DNA of 64,000 nt from Shigella phage vB_SboM_Phaginator: sequence record OL615012, one strand, 5' to 3'. Below are positions 42,836-53,999 of the stretch, piece after piece. Under the pieces are notes generated by a model, which had not been told where the DNA came from, did no database searches, and saw only the letters and a list, made by a program, of their open reading frames with translations. The translations under genes and the position numbers were made by a program. Each line of letters opens with the position of its first letter. Position 1 is the first letter of the stretch.

Positions 42836-43170
42836 AGTAGAAAATCTAATGTATTAGTTTTTTCACAACGAACAACAGAAGGACGCAAAAGATTTTCGTC
42901 AATAGCTTCTGACTGAATTTTTTCAATTATACCTGAAGGAATAAATTTAGCAAATTGAGTTTCAGGAATAGAATTTTCTTCCAAGAATGCTGTCGTAGCT
43001 TCAAGATAACTCATTCCAAACTCTTCTACCATTTTTTCAATAATAAATCCATTTTCTTGACGATCAAGAAGCTTTGCTATTTCATCCTTTTCTTTCTTAA
43101 TTGAAAGTTCTTTTTCTGAAAGACCGGTCTCATCGACCGGACGAATATCATTTAGAGAAAACTGTGTCAT
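42832..43170 (-). CDS. 33: Late transcription co-activator gp33
   Basis: 112 aa from MTQFSLNDIRPVDETG… (track ORF extended by 3 codons). Confidence 0.9.
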   Translation of the reverse strand: MTQFSLNDIRPVDETGLSEKELSIKKEKDEIAKLLDRQENGFIIEKMVEEFGMSYLEATTAFLEENSIPETQFAKFIPSGIIEKIQSEAIDENLLRPSVVRCEKTNTLDFLL

Positions 43171-43417
43171 AAAGTTCAACTACCTCTTCAGTTTCAGCTT
43201 CAAACACATCACGGTTATCTTTATGATACAAAGCTAATAGACGATTAAACATCTTACCATCAACGCCAAGTTCATCTTTAGCACGAATTCGAATATCTTT
43301 AATCAGTTCATTATAACCGGAAATTTTCAGTTTATGATCAGATGCTTCTTTAATAAATTTAGCCAAGTCTTCGCCATGGATAGCTTCATCAAATTCAACC
43401 ATTTCTTTTTTAGCCAT
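43148..43417 (-). CDS. dsbA: dsDNA-binding protein DsbA
   Basis: 89 aa, MAKKEMVEFDEAIHGEDLAKFIKE…. Confidence 0.85.
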   Translation of the reverse strand: MAKKEMVEFDEAIHGEDLAKFIKEASDHKLKISGYNELIKDIRIRAKDELGVDGKMFNRLLALYHKDNRDVFEAETEEVVELYDTVFSK

Positions 43418-43425
43418 TATTCACC

Positions 43426-44343
43426 TCAAAATTCATTAATGCTATTAGTTAATTTAGAAAGACCCGCTTTTACAAAATATGAATAAATTTTGCCACGCGG
43501 TGGTAATTTATATGAATTATAGTAATTCACAATGTTTGAAGCAATATTATCAGGAATATAATCAAAATCAATTAGAACTAAATTTTCTTTATAACGATTA
43601 TATTCAGATTCTGTAAGAAGCACCTTAGCTTGCTCACGGTCATTAGCAATAGCTTCAACAATTGAAGTTTTCATTGAAGGAGTTCGTTCACCTTCAACTT
43701 TGGTAAACCAAAAGTCAGATCGTACTTTAACTGAAGCAACGTTATCCTTTTTGTCGCCTTTAAGGATTTTAGTCATACAGTCAATTTCAGCAGAACCGCT
43801 TTTAATTTTAACCCATTTCTTATGCATCGGTGACCATTGCTTAACATTTGGATATTTGTGAAGTTGAGTAAAGTCACCATCCGATGAAATGATTAAAATC
43901 TTGTGTCCTTCTAAAGAGAACTTTTTAACAAGTACTGCAATGTGGTCATCTGCTTCATACTTATCAATATCCATAACAATGTATGGCATATAAGCTTTCA
44001 ATTCATCTATAACTTTGTGGCTGGATTCAAAATAACCTTCCCAGTCCCAAGTCGATTCTTCTCGTGCTTTTCCACGGTTTTTCTTGTAATAATACGCGAA
44101 ATCACGACGCCAGTATCCAGATTTCGCGTTATCAATACACAGTACAATTTTAGTGTATCCAAGCGTTTTTGCTTTTTTGACATTAAACTTAATTGAGTTC
44201 AATATCAAATGACGAACCATTGATAAATTAATTTTTTCTTTATCTGGGAAGTTTACTAAAGCAGTTGAAAGCGCAATTTGACTAAAGTCAATTAAGCAGA
44301 TTCCTTCTTTGTAATCTTCATCCAACATCATTTCTAAATCCAT
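43426..44343 (-). CDS. rnh: RNase H (5'-3' exonuclease / flap endonuclease)
   Basis: 305 aa from the ATG at 44343 (MDLEMMLDEDYKEGICLIDFSQIALS…); the track start is a TTG. Confidence 0.95.
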   Translation of the reverse strand: MDLEMMLDEDYKEGICLIDFSQIALSTALVNFPDKEKINLSMVRHLILNSIKFNVKKAKTLGYTKIVLCIDNAKSGYWRRDFAYYYKKNRGKAREESTWDWEGYFESSHKVIDELKAYMPYIVMDIDKYEADDHIAVLVKKFSLEGHKILIISSDGDFTQLHKYPNVKQWSPMHKKWVKIKSGSAEIDCMTKILKGDKKDNVASVKVRSDFWFTKVEGERTPSMKTSIVEAIANDREQAKVLLTESEYNRYKENLVLIDFDYIPDNIASNIVNYYNSYKLPPRGKIYSYFVKAGLSKLTNSINEF

Positions 44344-44405
44344 ATGAACCTCGTTCAATTAGTGAGATTTCTATTATATACCATCCAAATCTTAAAGTAA
44401 ACAAG

Positions 44406-44413
44406 TATAAATA
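44406..44413 (+). promoter_or_regulatory. Late promoter TATAAATA upstream of gene 34
   Basis: Exact TATAAATA about 35 bp upstream of the gene 34 ATG. Confidence 0.6.
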
Positions 44414-44447
44414 CTTATTATTGAAAACACAATAGGAGCCCGGGAGA

Positions 44448-47400
44448 ATGGCCGAGATTAAAAGAAAGTTCAGAGCAGAAGATGGTCTGGACGCAGGTGG
44501 TGATAAAATAATCAACGTAGCTTTAGCTGATCGTGCCGTAGGAACTGACGGTGTTAACGTTGATTATCTAATTCAAGAAAACACAGTTCAACAATACGAT
44601 CCAACTCGTGGATATTTAAAAGATTTTGTAATCATTTATGATAACCGCTTTTGGGCTGCTATAAATGATATTCCAAAACCGGCAGGAGCTTTTAATAGCG
44701 GACGCTGGAGAGCATTACGTACCGATGCTAACTGGATTACGGTTTCATCTGGTTCATATCAATTAAAATCCGGTGAAGCTATTTCGGTTAACACTGCAGC
44801 TGGTAATGACATCACGTTTACTTTACCATCTTCTCCAATTGATGGTGATACTATCGTTCTCCAAGATATTGGAGGAAAACCTGGAGTTAACCAAGTTTTA
44901 ATTGTAGCTCCAGTGCAAAGTATTGTAAACTTTAGAGGTGAACAAGTACGTTCAGTACTAATGACTCATCCAAAGTCACAGCTAGTTTTAATTTTTAGTA
45001 ATCGTCTGTGGCAAATGTATGTTGCTGATTATAGTAGAGAAGCTGTCGTTGTAACACCAGCGAATACTTATCAAGCACAATCAAACGATTTTATCGTACG
45101 TAGATTTACTTCTGCTGCACCGATAAATATTAAACTTCCAAGATTTGCTAATCATGGCGATATTATTAATTTCGTTGATTTAGATAAACTGAATCCACTT
45201 TATCATACAATTGTTACTACATACGATGAAACTACTTCAATACAAGAAGATGGAACTCATTCTATTGAAGGCCGTACATCGATCGACGGTTTCTTGATGT
45301 TTGATGATAATGAGAAATTATGGAGATTGTTTGACGGGGATAGTAAAGCACGTTTACGCATTATAACGACTAATTCTAATATTCGTCCAAACGAAGAAGT
45401 TATGGTATTTGGTGCGAATAACGGAACAACTCAAACGATTGAACTTCAGCTTCCAACTAATATTTCTGTTGGTGATACTGTTAAAATTTCCATGAATTAC
45501 ATGAGAAAAGGACAAACAGTTAAAATCAAAGCTGCCGGTGAAGATAAAATTGCTTCTTCAGTTCAATTACTGCAATTCCCAAAACGTTCAGAATATCCGC
45601 CTGAGGCTGAATGGGTGACTGTCCAAGAATTAGTTTTTAATGGTGAAACTAATTATGTTCCAGTTTTAGAGCTTGCTTATATAGAAGATTCTGATGGAAA
45701 ATACTGGGTTGTACAGCAAAACGTTCCAACTGTAGAAAGAGTAGACTCTTTAAATGATTCTACTAGAGCAAGATTAGGCGTAATTGCTTTAGCTACACAA
45801 GCTCAAGCTAACGTCGATTTAGAAAATTCTCCACAAAAAGAATTAGCAATTACTCCAGAAACATTAGCTAACCGTACTGCTACTGAAACTCGTAGAGGTA
45901 TCGCAAGAATAGCAACTACTGCTCAAGTGAATCAGAACACCACATTCTCTTTTGCTGATGATATTATCATCACTCCTAAAAAGCTGAATGAAAGAACTGC
46001 TACTGAAACTCGCAGAGGTGTTGCTGAAATTGCTACGCAGCAAGAAACTAATGCAGGTACTGATGACACTACAATCATTACTCCTAAAAAGCTTCAAGCT
46101 CGTCAAGGTTCTGAATCATTATCTGGTATTGTAACTTTTGTATCTACTGCAGGTGCTACTCCAGCTTCTAGCCGTGAATTAAATGGTACCAACGTTTATA
46201 ATAAAAACACTAATAATTTAGTTGTTTCACCTAAAGCTTTGGATCAGTATAAAGCTACTCCAACGCAGCAAGGCGCAGTAATTTTAGCAGTTGAAAGTGA
46301 AGTAATTGCTGGACAAAGTCAGCAAGGATGGGCAAATGCTGTTGTAACTCCAGAAACGTTACATAAAAAGACATCAACTGATGGAAGAATTGGTTTAATT
46401 GAAATTGCTACGCAAAGTGAAGTTAATACAGGAACTGATTATACTCGTGCAGTCACTCCTAAAACTTTAAATGACCGTAGAGCAACTGAAAGTTTAAGTG
46501 GTATAGCTGAAATTGCTACGCAAGTTGAATTCGACGCAGGCGTCGACGATACTCGTATCTCTACACCATTAAAAATTAAAACCAGATTTAATAGTACTGA
46601 TCGTACTTCTGTTGTTGCTCTATCTGGATTAGTTGAATCAGGAACTCTCTGGGACCATTATACCCTTAATATTCTTGAAGCAAATGAGACACAGCGTGGC
46701 ACACTTCGTGTAGCTACACAGGTTGAAGCTGCTGCTGGAAAATTGGATAATGTTTTAATAACTCCTAAAAAGCTTTTAGGTACTAAATCTACCGAATCGC
46801 AAGAAGGTGTTATTAAAGTTGCAACCCAGTCTGAAACTGTGACTGGAACGTCAGCGAACACTGCTGTATCTCCAAAAAATTTAAAATGGATTGTGCAGAG
46901 TGAACCTACTTGGGCAGCTACTACTGCAATAAGAGGTTTTGTTAAAACTTCTTCTGGTTCAATTACATTCGTTGGTAATGATACAGTCGGTTCTACCCAA
47001 GATTTAGAACTGTATGAGAAAAATAGCTATGCGGTATCACCATATGAATTAAACCGTGTATTAGCAAATTATCTGCCGTTAAAAGCAAAAGCTGCTGACG
47101 CAAATTTATTAGATGGCCTAGATTCATCTCAGTTCATTCGTAGGGATATTGCACAGACGGTTAATGGTTCACTAACCTTAACGAAACAAACGAATCTGAG
47201 TGCCCCTCTTGTATCATCTAGTACTGCTACGTTTGGCGGATCAGTTTCGGCAAATAGTACATTAACTATTTCTAATACTGGAACGGCAACTCGTCTGATA
47301 TTTGAGAAAGGACCTCAAACTGGAACTAACCCAGTACAAACGATGACTATCAGAGTTTGGGGAAATCAGTTTGGTGGCGGTTCAGATACAACACGTTCTA

Positions 47401-48317
47401 CTGTATTTGAAGTTGGTGATGAAACGTCTAATCACTTTTATTCTCAACGTAATAAAGCTGGGAATATAACGTTTAGCATTAATGGTACTGTGATGCCGAT
47501 AAATGTTAACGCTTCAGGTTCTTTGAACGCTAACGGCGTTGCAACATTTGGTAGTTCAGTTACTGCTAATGGCGAATTCATCAGTAAATCAGCAAATGCT
47601 TTCAGAGCAATAAATGGTGACTATGGATTCTTTATTCGCAATGATGCTGCTAACACCTATTTTATGCTTACTGCATCGGGTGATCAGACTGGTGGATTTA
47701 ATGGATTACGTCCTTTAGCTATTAATAATGCATCTGGTCAAGTAACGATTGGTGAAAGCTTAATCATTGCCAAAGGTGCTACTATAAATTCTGGTGGTTT
47801 AACCGTTAACTCGAGAATTCGTTCTCAGGGTACTAAAACTGCTGATTTATACACTCGCGCACCAACATCTGATACTGTAGGATTCTGGTCAATTGATATT
47901 AATGATTCAGCTACTTATAACCAGTTCCCGGGTTATTTTAAAATGGTTGAAAAAACTAATGAAGTGACTGGACTTCCATACTTAGAACGCGGCGAAGAAG
48001 TTAAATCTCCTGGTACACTGACTCAGTTTGGTAACACACTTGATTCGCTTTACCAAGATTGGATTACTTATCCAACGACACCAGAAGCGCGTACCACTCG
48101 CTGGACACGTACATGGCAGAAAACCAAAAACTCTTGGTCAAGTTTTGTTCAGGTATTTGATGGAGGTAATCCTCCTCAACCATCTGATATAGGTGCTTTA
48201 CCATCTGATAATGCTACAATGGGGAATCTTACTATTCGTGATTTCTTACGAATTGGTAATGTTCGCATTATTCCTGACCCAGTGAATAAAACTGTTAAAT
48301 TTGAATGGGTTGAATAA
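44448..48317 (+). CDS. 34: Long tail fibre proximal subunit gp34
   Basis: 1289 aa, MAEIKRKFRAEDGLDAGGDKIINVALADRAVGTDG…; late promoter upstream. Confidence 0.95.
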   Translation: MAEIKRKFRAEDGLDAGGDKIINVALADRAVGTDGVNVDYLIQENTVQQYDPTRGYLKDFVIIYDNRFWAAINDIPKPAGAFNSGRWRALRTDANWITVSSGSYQLKSGEAISVNTAAGNDITFTLPSSPIDGDTIVLQDIGGKPGVNQVLIVAPVQSIVNFRGEQVRSVLMTHPKSQLVLIFSNRLWQMYVADYSREAVVVTPANTYQAQSNDFIVRRFTSAAPINIKLPRFANHGDIINFVDLDKLNPLYHTIVTTYDETTSIQEDGTHSIEGRTSIDGFLMFDDNEKLWRLFDGDSKARLRIITTNSNIRPNEEVMVFGANNGTTQTIELQLPTNISVGDTVKISMNYMRKGQTVKIKAAGEDKIASSVQLLQFPKRSEYPPEAEWVTVQELVFNGETNYVPVLELAYIEDSDGKYWVVQQNVPTVERVDSLNDSTRARLGVIALATQAQANVDLENSPQKELAITPETLANRTATETRRGIARIATTAQVNQNTTFSFADDIIITPKKLNERTATETRRGVAEIATQQETNAGTDDTTIITPKKLQARQGSESLSGIVTFVSTAGATPASSRELNGTNVYNKNTNNLVVSPKALDQYKATPTQQGAVILAVESEVIAGQSQQGWANAVVTPETLHKKTSTDGRIGLIEIATQSEVNTGTDYTRAVTPKTLNDRRATESLSGIAEIATQVEFDAGVDDTRISTPLKIKTRFNSTDRTSVVALSGLVESGTLWDHYTLNILEANETQRGTLRVATQVEAAAGKLDNVLITPKKLLGTKSTESQEGVIKVATQSETVTGTSANTAVSPKNLKWIVQSEPTWAATTAIRGFVKTSSGSITFVGNDTVGSTQDLELYEKNSYAVSPYELNRVLANYLPLKAKAADANLLDGLDSSQFIRRDIAQTVNGSLTLTKQTNLSAPLVSSSTATFGGSVSANSTLTISNTGTATRLIFEKGPQTGTNPVQTMTIRVWGNQFGGGSDTTRSTVFEVGDETSNHFYSQRNKAGNITFSINGTVMPINVNASGSLNANGVATFGSSVTANGEFISKSANAFRAINGDYGFFIRNDAANTYFMLTASGDQTGGFNGLRPLAINNASGQVTIGESLIIAKGATINSGGLTVNSRIRSQGTKTADLYTRAPTSDTVGFWSIDINDSATYNQFPGYFKMVEKTNEVTGLPYLERGEEVKSPGTLTQFGNTLDSLYQDWITYPTTPEARTTRWTRTWQKTKNSWSSFVQVFDGGNPPQPSDIGALPSDNATMGNLTIRDFLRIGNVRIIPDPVNKTVKFEWVE

Positions 48318-48325
48318 GAGGTATT

Positions 48326-49441
48326 ATGGAAAAATTTATGGCAGAGTTTGGACAAGGATATGTCCAAACGCCATTTTTATCGGAAAGCAATTCAGTAAGA
48401 TATAAAATAAGCATAGCGGGTTCTTGCCCGCTTTCTACAGCAGGACCATACGTTAAATTTCAGGATAATCCTGTAGGAAGTCAAACATTTAGCGCAGGCC
48501 TTCATTTAAGAGTTTTTGACCCTTCTACAGGAGCATTAGTTGATAGTAAGTCATATGCTTTTTCGACTTCAAATGATACTACATCAGCTGCCTTTGTTAG
48601 TTTCATGAATTCTTTGACGAATAATCGAATTGTTGCTATATTAACTAACGGAAAGGTTAATTTTCCTCCTGAAGTAGTATCTTGGTTAAGAACAGCAGGA
48701 ACGTCTGCTTTTCCATCTGACTCTGTATTGTCAAGATTCGACGTATCATATGCTGCTTTTTATACTTCTTCTAAAAGAGCTATTGCATTAGAGCATGTTA
48801 AACTGAGTAATAGAAAAAGCACAGATGATTATCAAACTATTTTAGATGTTGTATTTGACAGTTTAGAAGATGTAGGAGCTACCGGGTTTCCAAGAAGAAC
48901 GTATGAAAGTGTTGAGCAATTTATGTCAGCCGTTGGTGGAACTAATAACGAAATTGCGCGATTGCCAACTTCAGCTGCTATAAGTAAACTCTCTGATTAT
49001 AATTTAATTCCTGGTGATGTTCTTTATCTTAAAGCCCAGTTATATGCTGATGCCGATTTACTTGCTCTTGGAACTACAAATATATCTATCCGTTTTTATA
49101 ATGCATCTAATGGATATATTTCCTCGACACAAGCTGAGTTCACCGGACAAGCTGGGTCTTGGGAATTAAAGGAAGATTATGTAGTTGTTCCAGAAAATGC
49201 TGTGGGATTTACGATATACGCGCAAAGAACTGCTCAAGCGGGACAAGGCGGTATGCGAAATTTAAGCTTTTCTGAAGTATCAAGAAATGGCGGAATTTCA
49301 AAACCCGCTGAATTTGGCATCAATGGTATTCGTGTTAATTATATCTGTGAATCTGCTTCACCTCCGGATATAATGGTACTTCCTACACAAGCATCGTCTA
49401 AAACTGGTAAAGTGTTTGGACAAGAATTTAGAGAAGTATAA
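48326..49441 (+). CDS. 35: Long tail fibre hinge protein gp35
   Basis: 371 aa; synteny and size. Confidence 0.9.
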   Translation: MEKFMAEFGQGYVQTPFLSESNSVRYKISIAGSCPLSTAGPYVKFQDNPVGSQTFSAGLHLRVFDPSTGALVDSKSYAFSTSNDTTSAAFVSFMNSLTNNRIVAILTNGKVNFPPEVVSWLRTAGTSAFPSDSVLSRFDVSYAAFYTSSKRAIALEHVKLSNRKSTDDYQTILDVVFDSLEDVGATGFPRRTYESVEQFMSAVGGTNNEIARLPTSAAISKLSDYNLIPGDVLYLKAQLYADADLLALGTTNISIRFYNASNGYISSTQAEFTGQAGSWELKEDYVVVPENAVGFTIYAQRTAQAGQGGMRNLSFSEVSRNGGISKPAEFGINGIRVNYICESASPPDIMVLPTQASSKTGKVFGQEFREV

Positions 49442-49445
49442 ATTG

Positions 49446-49480
49446 AGGGAGCCTTCGGGTTCCCTTTTTCTTTATAAATA
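49446..49480 (+). promoter_or_regulatory. Terminator hairpin after gene 35 followed by late promoter TATAAATA for gene 36
   Basis: Hairpin gggagcc-ttcg-ggttccc plus T-run, immediately followed by TATAAATA at 49473-49480. Confidence 0.55.
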
Positions 49481-49503
49481 CTATTAAAATAAAGGGGCAT
49501 ACA

Positions 49504-50163
49504 ATGGCTGATTTAAAAGTAGGTTCAACAACTGGAGGCTCTGTCATTTGGCATCAAGGAAATTTTCCATTGAATCCAGCCGGTGACGATGTACTCTATA
49601 AATCATTTAAAATATATTCAGAATATAATAAACCACAAGCTGCTGATAACGATTTCGTTTCTAAAGCTAATGGCGGTATTTATCTAAACCGAGTTACCTT
49701 TAACAAGGGTATTCAAGTCCCGGGAGCTGGCAATGGTCTGACCGGGATGTTTGTTGGGCCAGGTGATGGAGCAACTTATGATAATGTTAACCTTGATATA
49801 ATATCTTGGTATGGTATCGGATTTAAATCATCTCAAGGAACAGGACCCAGGACAATTGTTTTTAACGTTCGTGACGGTGAAATTTCGGCCCGTGGTAATA
49901 TAAATTCACAGCGTCAGGTGCGAGCCGAAGCCGCAGCGCCCATTGCCGCAAATGACCTTACTAGAAAGGACTATGTTGATGGAGCAATAAATACTGTTAC
50001 AGCAAATGCGAACTCTAGGGTGCTACGATCTGGTGACACCATGACAGGTAATTTAACAGCGCCAAACTTTTTCTCGCAGAATCCTGCATCTCAACCTTCA
50101 CATGTTCCACGATTTGACCAAATCGTAATTAAGGATTCTGTTCAAGATTTCGGCTATTATTAA
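49504..50163 (+). CDS. 36: Long tail fibre distal connector gp36
   Basis: 219 aa; late promoter TATAAATA upstream. Confidence 0.9.
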   Translation: MADLKVGSTTGGSVIWHQGNFPLNPAGDDVLYKSFKIYSEYNKPQAADNDFVSKANGGIYLNRVTFNKGIQVPGAGNGLTGMFVGPGDGATYDNVNLDIISWYGIGFKSSQGTGPRTIVFNVRDGEISARGNINSQRQVRAEAAAPIAANDLTRKDYVDGAINTVTANANSRVLRSGDTMTGNLTAPNFFSQNPASQPSHVPRFDQIVIKDSVQDFGYY

Positions 50164-50171
50164 GAGGACTT

Positions 50172-53100
50172 ATGGCTACTTTAAAACAAATACAATTTAA
50201 AAGAAGCAAAACCGCAGGTGCACGTCCTGCTGCTTCAGTATTAGCCGAAGGTGAATTGGCTATAAACTTAAAAGATAGAACAATTTTTACTAAAGATGAT
50301 ACAGGAAATATCATTGATCTAGGTATTGCTAAAGGCGGTCAAATTGATGGAAATGTAACTATTGATGGAACTTTACGCGTCAATGGACCAATAAACAACT
50401 TTGGAAATTTTTCTACAAGTGGTACTATTACGGCAAGTAATATTGTTTCTGCTACAGTATTCAGATCAACATCCGGTTCATTTTATACAAGAGCAATAAA
50501 TGATACTGCAAATGCCCATCTTTGGTTTGAAAATACGAATGGATCGGAGAGAGGGGTTTTATATTCAAAACCACAGTCTGAAAATGAAGGCGTAATTACA
50601 ATGCGCGTTCGCCAAGGAACCGCAGCAGGGGCTCAAAATTCAGAATTTCATTTCATTTCTACTGATGGCGGTATCTTCCAGGCACGCAAATTAACTGCTT
50701 TAACTTCTATTAGTACACCAACTATTAGTGTTAATTTAATTAATCATGATTCTAAAGCCTTTGGACAATACGATTCACAATCATTAGTTCAGTATGTTTA
50801 TCCTGGAACCGGTGAAACAAATGGTGTAAACTATCTTCGTAAAGTTCGAGCTAAATCAGGTGGAACTATTTACCATGAAATTTGTACAGCTCAGACTGGG
50901 CTAGCTGATGAAGTTTCTTGGTGGACTGGTAATATACCGTTATTTAAACTATACGGTATTCGTAACGACGGTAGAATGATTATCCGCAATAGCTTGGCCA
51001 TTGGTACTGTGACTGAAGGATACCCGTCAAGCGATTATGGAAATACCGGGGTAATGGGAGATAGGTATTTAGCTCTTGGCGATAATGCTTCTGGACTTAA
51101 ATGGGTTCGTACTGGCGTTATTGACTTAATGGCTAACGGTATTTCTGCGGCGACTATTATTAATAATGGTATTAATAGTACTAAAAAATTGATGGTTGGT
51201 TATAGTCGAGATTCTGGTTCTACTTGGGATTTCCCAAATAACAACCAAGCAATGTTTACTGCGCGTACCGATGTTGATGGTAATAATAACGGTGATGGTC
51301 AAACTCATATCGGTTATAGCAGTAATTCTAAAATGTATCACTATTTCCGTGGTACAGGTCGTATGTCCGTTAGTATGGGCGATGGACTTCTTGTTGAACC
51401 GGGTATTTTAGACATTAAAACTGGTTCAAATACATTAAGTTTGCGTGCTGATGGTACCGTCGCTTCTGTTCAAACATTAAAGCTTAATAATGGATTGTAT
51501 TTTAATGGTGATGGAACTAATGCTTCTCTAGTTTTTAAAGCAGCTTCAGGTGTTGATGGTACTAAGCAAATTATGTGGGAAGGTGGTACTCGCCCAGGGC
51601 AGAATAAAAGCTACGTAACTGTTAAAGCATGGGGTAATTCATTTAACGCATCTGGTGATCGTAATCGTGAAACAGTCTTTGAAGTATCAGATGGGCAAGG
51701 TTACCATTTTTATTCTCAACGCGTAGCTCCTGCACCTGGTTCGACTGTCGGGCCTATTCAACTCCGAGTTAATGGTGGTTTATTAACTTCAGGTAGTATT
51801 GTTGCTTCTGGTTCTATTACAACCGAATCAAGCTTAGTTGCAAATAATGGATTATCTGTAAATGGACAAGCTAAATTTGGTGGAACAGCAGATGCATTAA
51901 GAATTTGGAATGCTGAATATGGCGCTATTTTCCGTCGTTCAGAAAGTAGTCTTTATATTATCCCGACTCCTAAAGGTGCCGGAGAATCGGGCGGTATAAG
52001 TAATCTTAGACCATTGATAATAGAACTGAACACTGGCACAGTTAAAATGTCGCATGATGTTCATTTAGGAGATTCTGGATCTGGTACAGGATTATTACAA
52101 GTAAGTAATAGTCTTAAAACTATTAAAATGATATGTCCAGTAACTATTAATGAACGCAATGCAGCACTTACCCTGGATTCTCCTTCATCTTCTTCTGCTA
52201 ATTATTTACAGGGTTCTAAAGCTGGAACTAGATCATGGTACGTTGGTCTTGGCGGCGCTGGAAATGATTTATCTCTTTATAGCCAATCTTATGGACATGG
52301 TCTTGTTATAAGCGATAATTTCGTGTCAATCAGTAAACCTCTTAAAGTTGGAAATGCCCAACTAGGAACTGATGGTAATATTACTAGCGGTTCAGGAAAC
52401 TTTGCCAACTTGAACACCACGCTAAACCGTAAAGTTAATTCTGGATTTATTACTTATGGAGCAACCGCTGGATGGTATAAGTTTGCAACAGTAACAATGC
52501 CACAATCCACTTCGACGGTCTTCTTTAAAATAGCCGGTGGTTCTGGATTTAATAGCGGATTATTCACACAATGCAATATTGCTGAAATTGTTTTACGTAC
52601 TAGTAATGAAAGACCTGCTGACTTAAATGCTGTATTATATACAAGAACATCTGGACTGTATAGCGCAGCATTTAGAAATATTGCAGTTAACAATGTCTCT
52701 GGAAATACATATGACATTTATGTTTATGCCGGAACATATTGTAATCAACTAGCGTGTGAATGGTCATGTACCGAAAATGCTACTGTTAGCGTTATTGGTA
52801 TTAACTCATCTACACAATCACCTGTAGATGCTCTTCCAGATACAGCAGTTAACGGTCAAGTTGCTAATGTTCTTAATAACTTGGTTGATCGTGGTAAAGC
52901 AAAACGTTATGTAGCAGAATCTGAAATTGCTATTAATAACCAAACGGGTCTTCGTATTACGAGTAATTCTGATAAATCTGGTTCAAATTCAGTATTATTC
53001 AGAAATGACGGTGGAAGCTTCTATATTTTACTGACCGACAAAAACTCTTCAGACGGCGATAATAAAGCAACTGAAGGTGATTGGAATGGAAAACGACCAT

Positions 53101-53999
53101 TTTCAATTGATATGACTGCTGGTACTGTTCGTCTTGGCGAAAATACTTCTTTTAGTAAAGATGTTACTATTGATGGAAACATTAATTCACGAGTTAAAGT
53201 TGTCGGACAGTGGAATGTTAGCTTTTCTGATATTTCAGATGTGACTCGTGACCGTTCTGCATTTTTAGTGAATACAGGCGGCATTTCCAAGACAAGTCAA
53301 TCTTATTACCCACTATTTTCTGGATACAGTTTTTTAACTGACACGGGTTATCGCCAATCGTTTGAATTTGGATGGTTAGGTGTTTCTGGTACTTGGCGTC
53401 AAGGCATTATTCGCATGCGTGGTGACAAGCCATCGGGGCAACAGGCTCGTTGGACTTTTGATATGGACGGAACATTTTATGCTCCTAAATTGGCTTGCGG
53501 TTCTACCGGTGCCCTTGGTATTAACACATCCAACGGATGGGGTGGTAACTCAATTGCAATAGGTGATAGCGATACCGGTTTTAGACAAGTAGGTGATGGG
53601 CTTTTAGAAGCGTGGGCTAACAATGTTAAAGTTGTTAGATTCACCTCGGGTGAAGTTTATTCCGAGAAAAACGTCAACGCTCCTAACGTTTATATTCGTT
53701 CTGATATTCGTTTGAAATCTAATTTCAAGCCTATTGAAAACGCGCTCGAAAAGGTTGAACAACTTGATGGTTTAATCTATGACAAAGCTGAATATATAGG
53801 CGGTGAGCCTGTTCAAACTGAAGCGGGTATTATAGCTCAAACGTTACAAGACGTTTTACCAGAAGCTGTCCATGAAACAGAAGACAGTAAGGGTAATAAA
53901 ATACTCACTGTTTCTTCTCAAGCTCAGATTGCTCTTCTGGTTGAAGCTGTGAAAACACTTTCCGCTCGTGTAAAAGAACTTGAATCTAAACTTATGTAA
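50172..53999 (+). CDS. 37: Long tail fibre distal subunit gp37 (T2-type, with C-terminal chaperone-like domain)
   Basis: 1275 aa; N-terminus MATLKQIQFKRSKTAGARPAASVLAEGELAINLKDRTIFTKDD… is T-even gp37-like; C-terminus carries …SDIRLK… and a coiled-coil end. Confidence 0.9.
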   Translation: MATLKQIQFKRSKTAGARPAASVLAEGELAINLKDRTIFTKDDTGNIIDLGIAKGGQIDGNVTIDGTLRVNGPINNFGNFSTSGTITASNIVSATVFRSTSGSFYTRAINDTANAHLWFENTNGSERGVLYSKPQSENEGVITMRVRQGTAAGAQNSEFHFISTDGGIFQARKLTALTSISTPTISVNLINHDSKAFGQYDSQSLVQYVYPGTGETNGVNYLRKVRAKSGGTIYHEICTAQTGLADEVSWWTGNIPLFKLYGIRNDGRMIIRNSLAIGTVTEGYPSSDYGNTGVMGDRYLALGDNASGLKWVRTGVIDLMANGISAATIINNGINSTKKLMVGYSRDSGSTWDFPNNNQAMFTARTDVDGNNNGDGQTHIGYSSNSKMYHYFRGTGRMSVSMGDGLLVEPGILDIKTGSNTLSLRADGTVASVQTLKLNNGLYFNGDGTNASLVFKAASGVDGTKQIMWEGGTRPGQNKSYVTVKAWGNSFNASGDRNRETVFEVSDGQGYHFYSQRVAPAPGSTVGPIQLRVNGGLLTSGSIVASGSITTESSLVANNGLSVNGQAKFGGTADALRIWNAEYGAIFRRSESSLYIIPTPKGAGESGGISNLRPLIIELNTGTVKMSHDVHLGDSGSGTGLLQVSNSLKTIKMICPVTINERNAALTLDSPSSSSANYLQGSKAGTRSWYVGLGGAGNDLSLYSQSYGHGLVISDNFVSISKPLKVGNAQLGTDGNITSGSGNFANLNTTLNRKVNSGFITYGATAGWYKFATVTMPQSTSTVFFKIAGGSGFNSGLFTQCNIAEIVLRTSNERPADLNAVLYTRTSGLYSAAFRNIAVNNVSGNTYDIYVYAGTYCNQLACEWSCTENATVSVIGINSSTQSPVDALPDTAVNGQVANVLNNLVDRGKAKRYVAESEIAINNQTGLRITSNSDKSGSNSVLFRNDGGSFYILLTDKNSSDGDNKATEGDWNGKRPFSIDMTAGTVRLGENTSFSKDVTIDGNINSRVKVVGQWNVSFSDISDVTRDRSAFLVNTGGISKTSQSYYPLFSGYSFLTDTGYRQSFEFGWLGVSGTWRQGIIRMRGDKPSGQQARWTFDMDGTFYAPKLACGSTGALGINTSNGWGGNSIAIGDSDTGFRQVGDGLLEAWANNVKVVRFTSGEVYSEKNVNAPNVYIRSDIRLKSNFKPIENALEKVEQLDGLIYDKAEYIGGEPVQTEAGIIAQTLQDVLPEAVHETEDSKGNKILTVSSQAQIALLVEAVKTLSARVKELESKLM

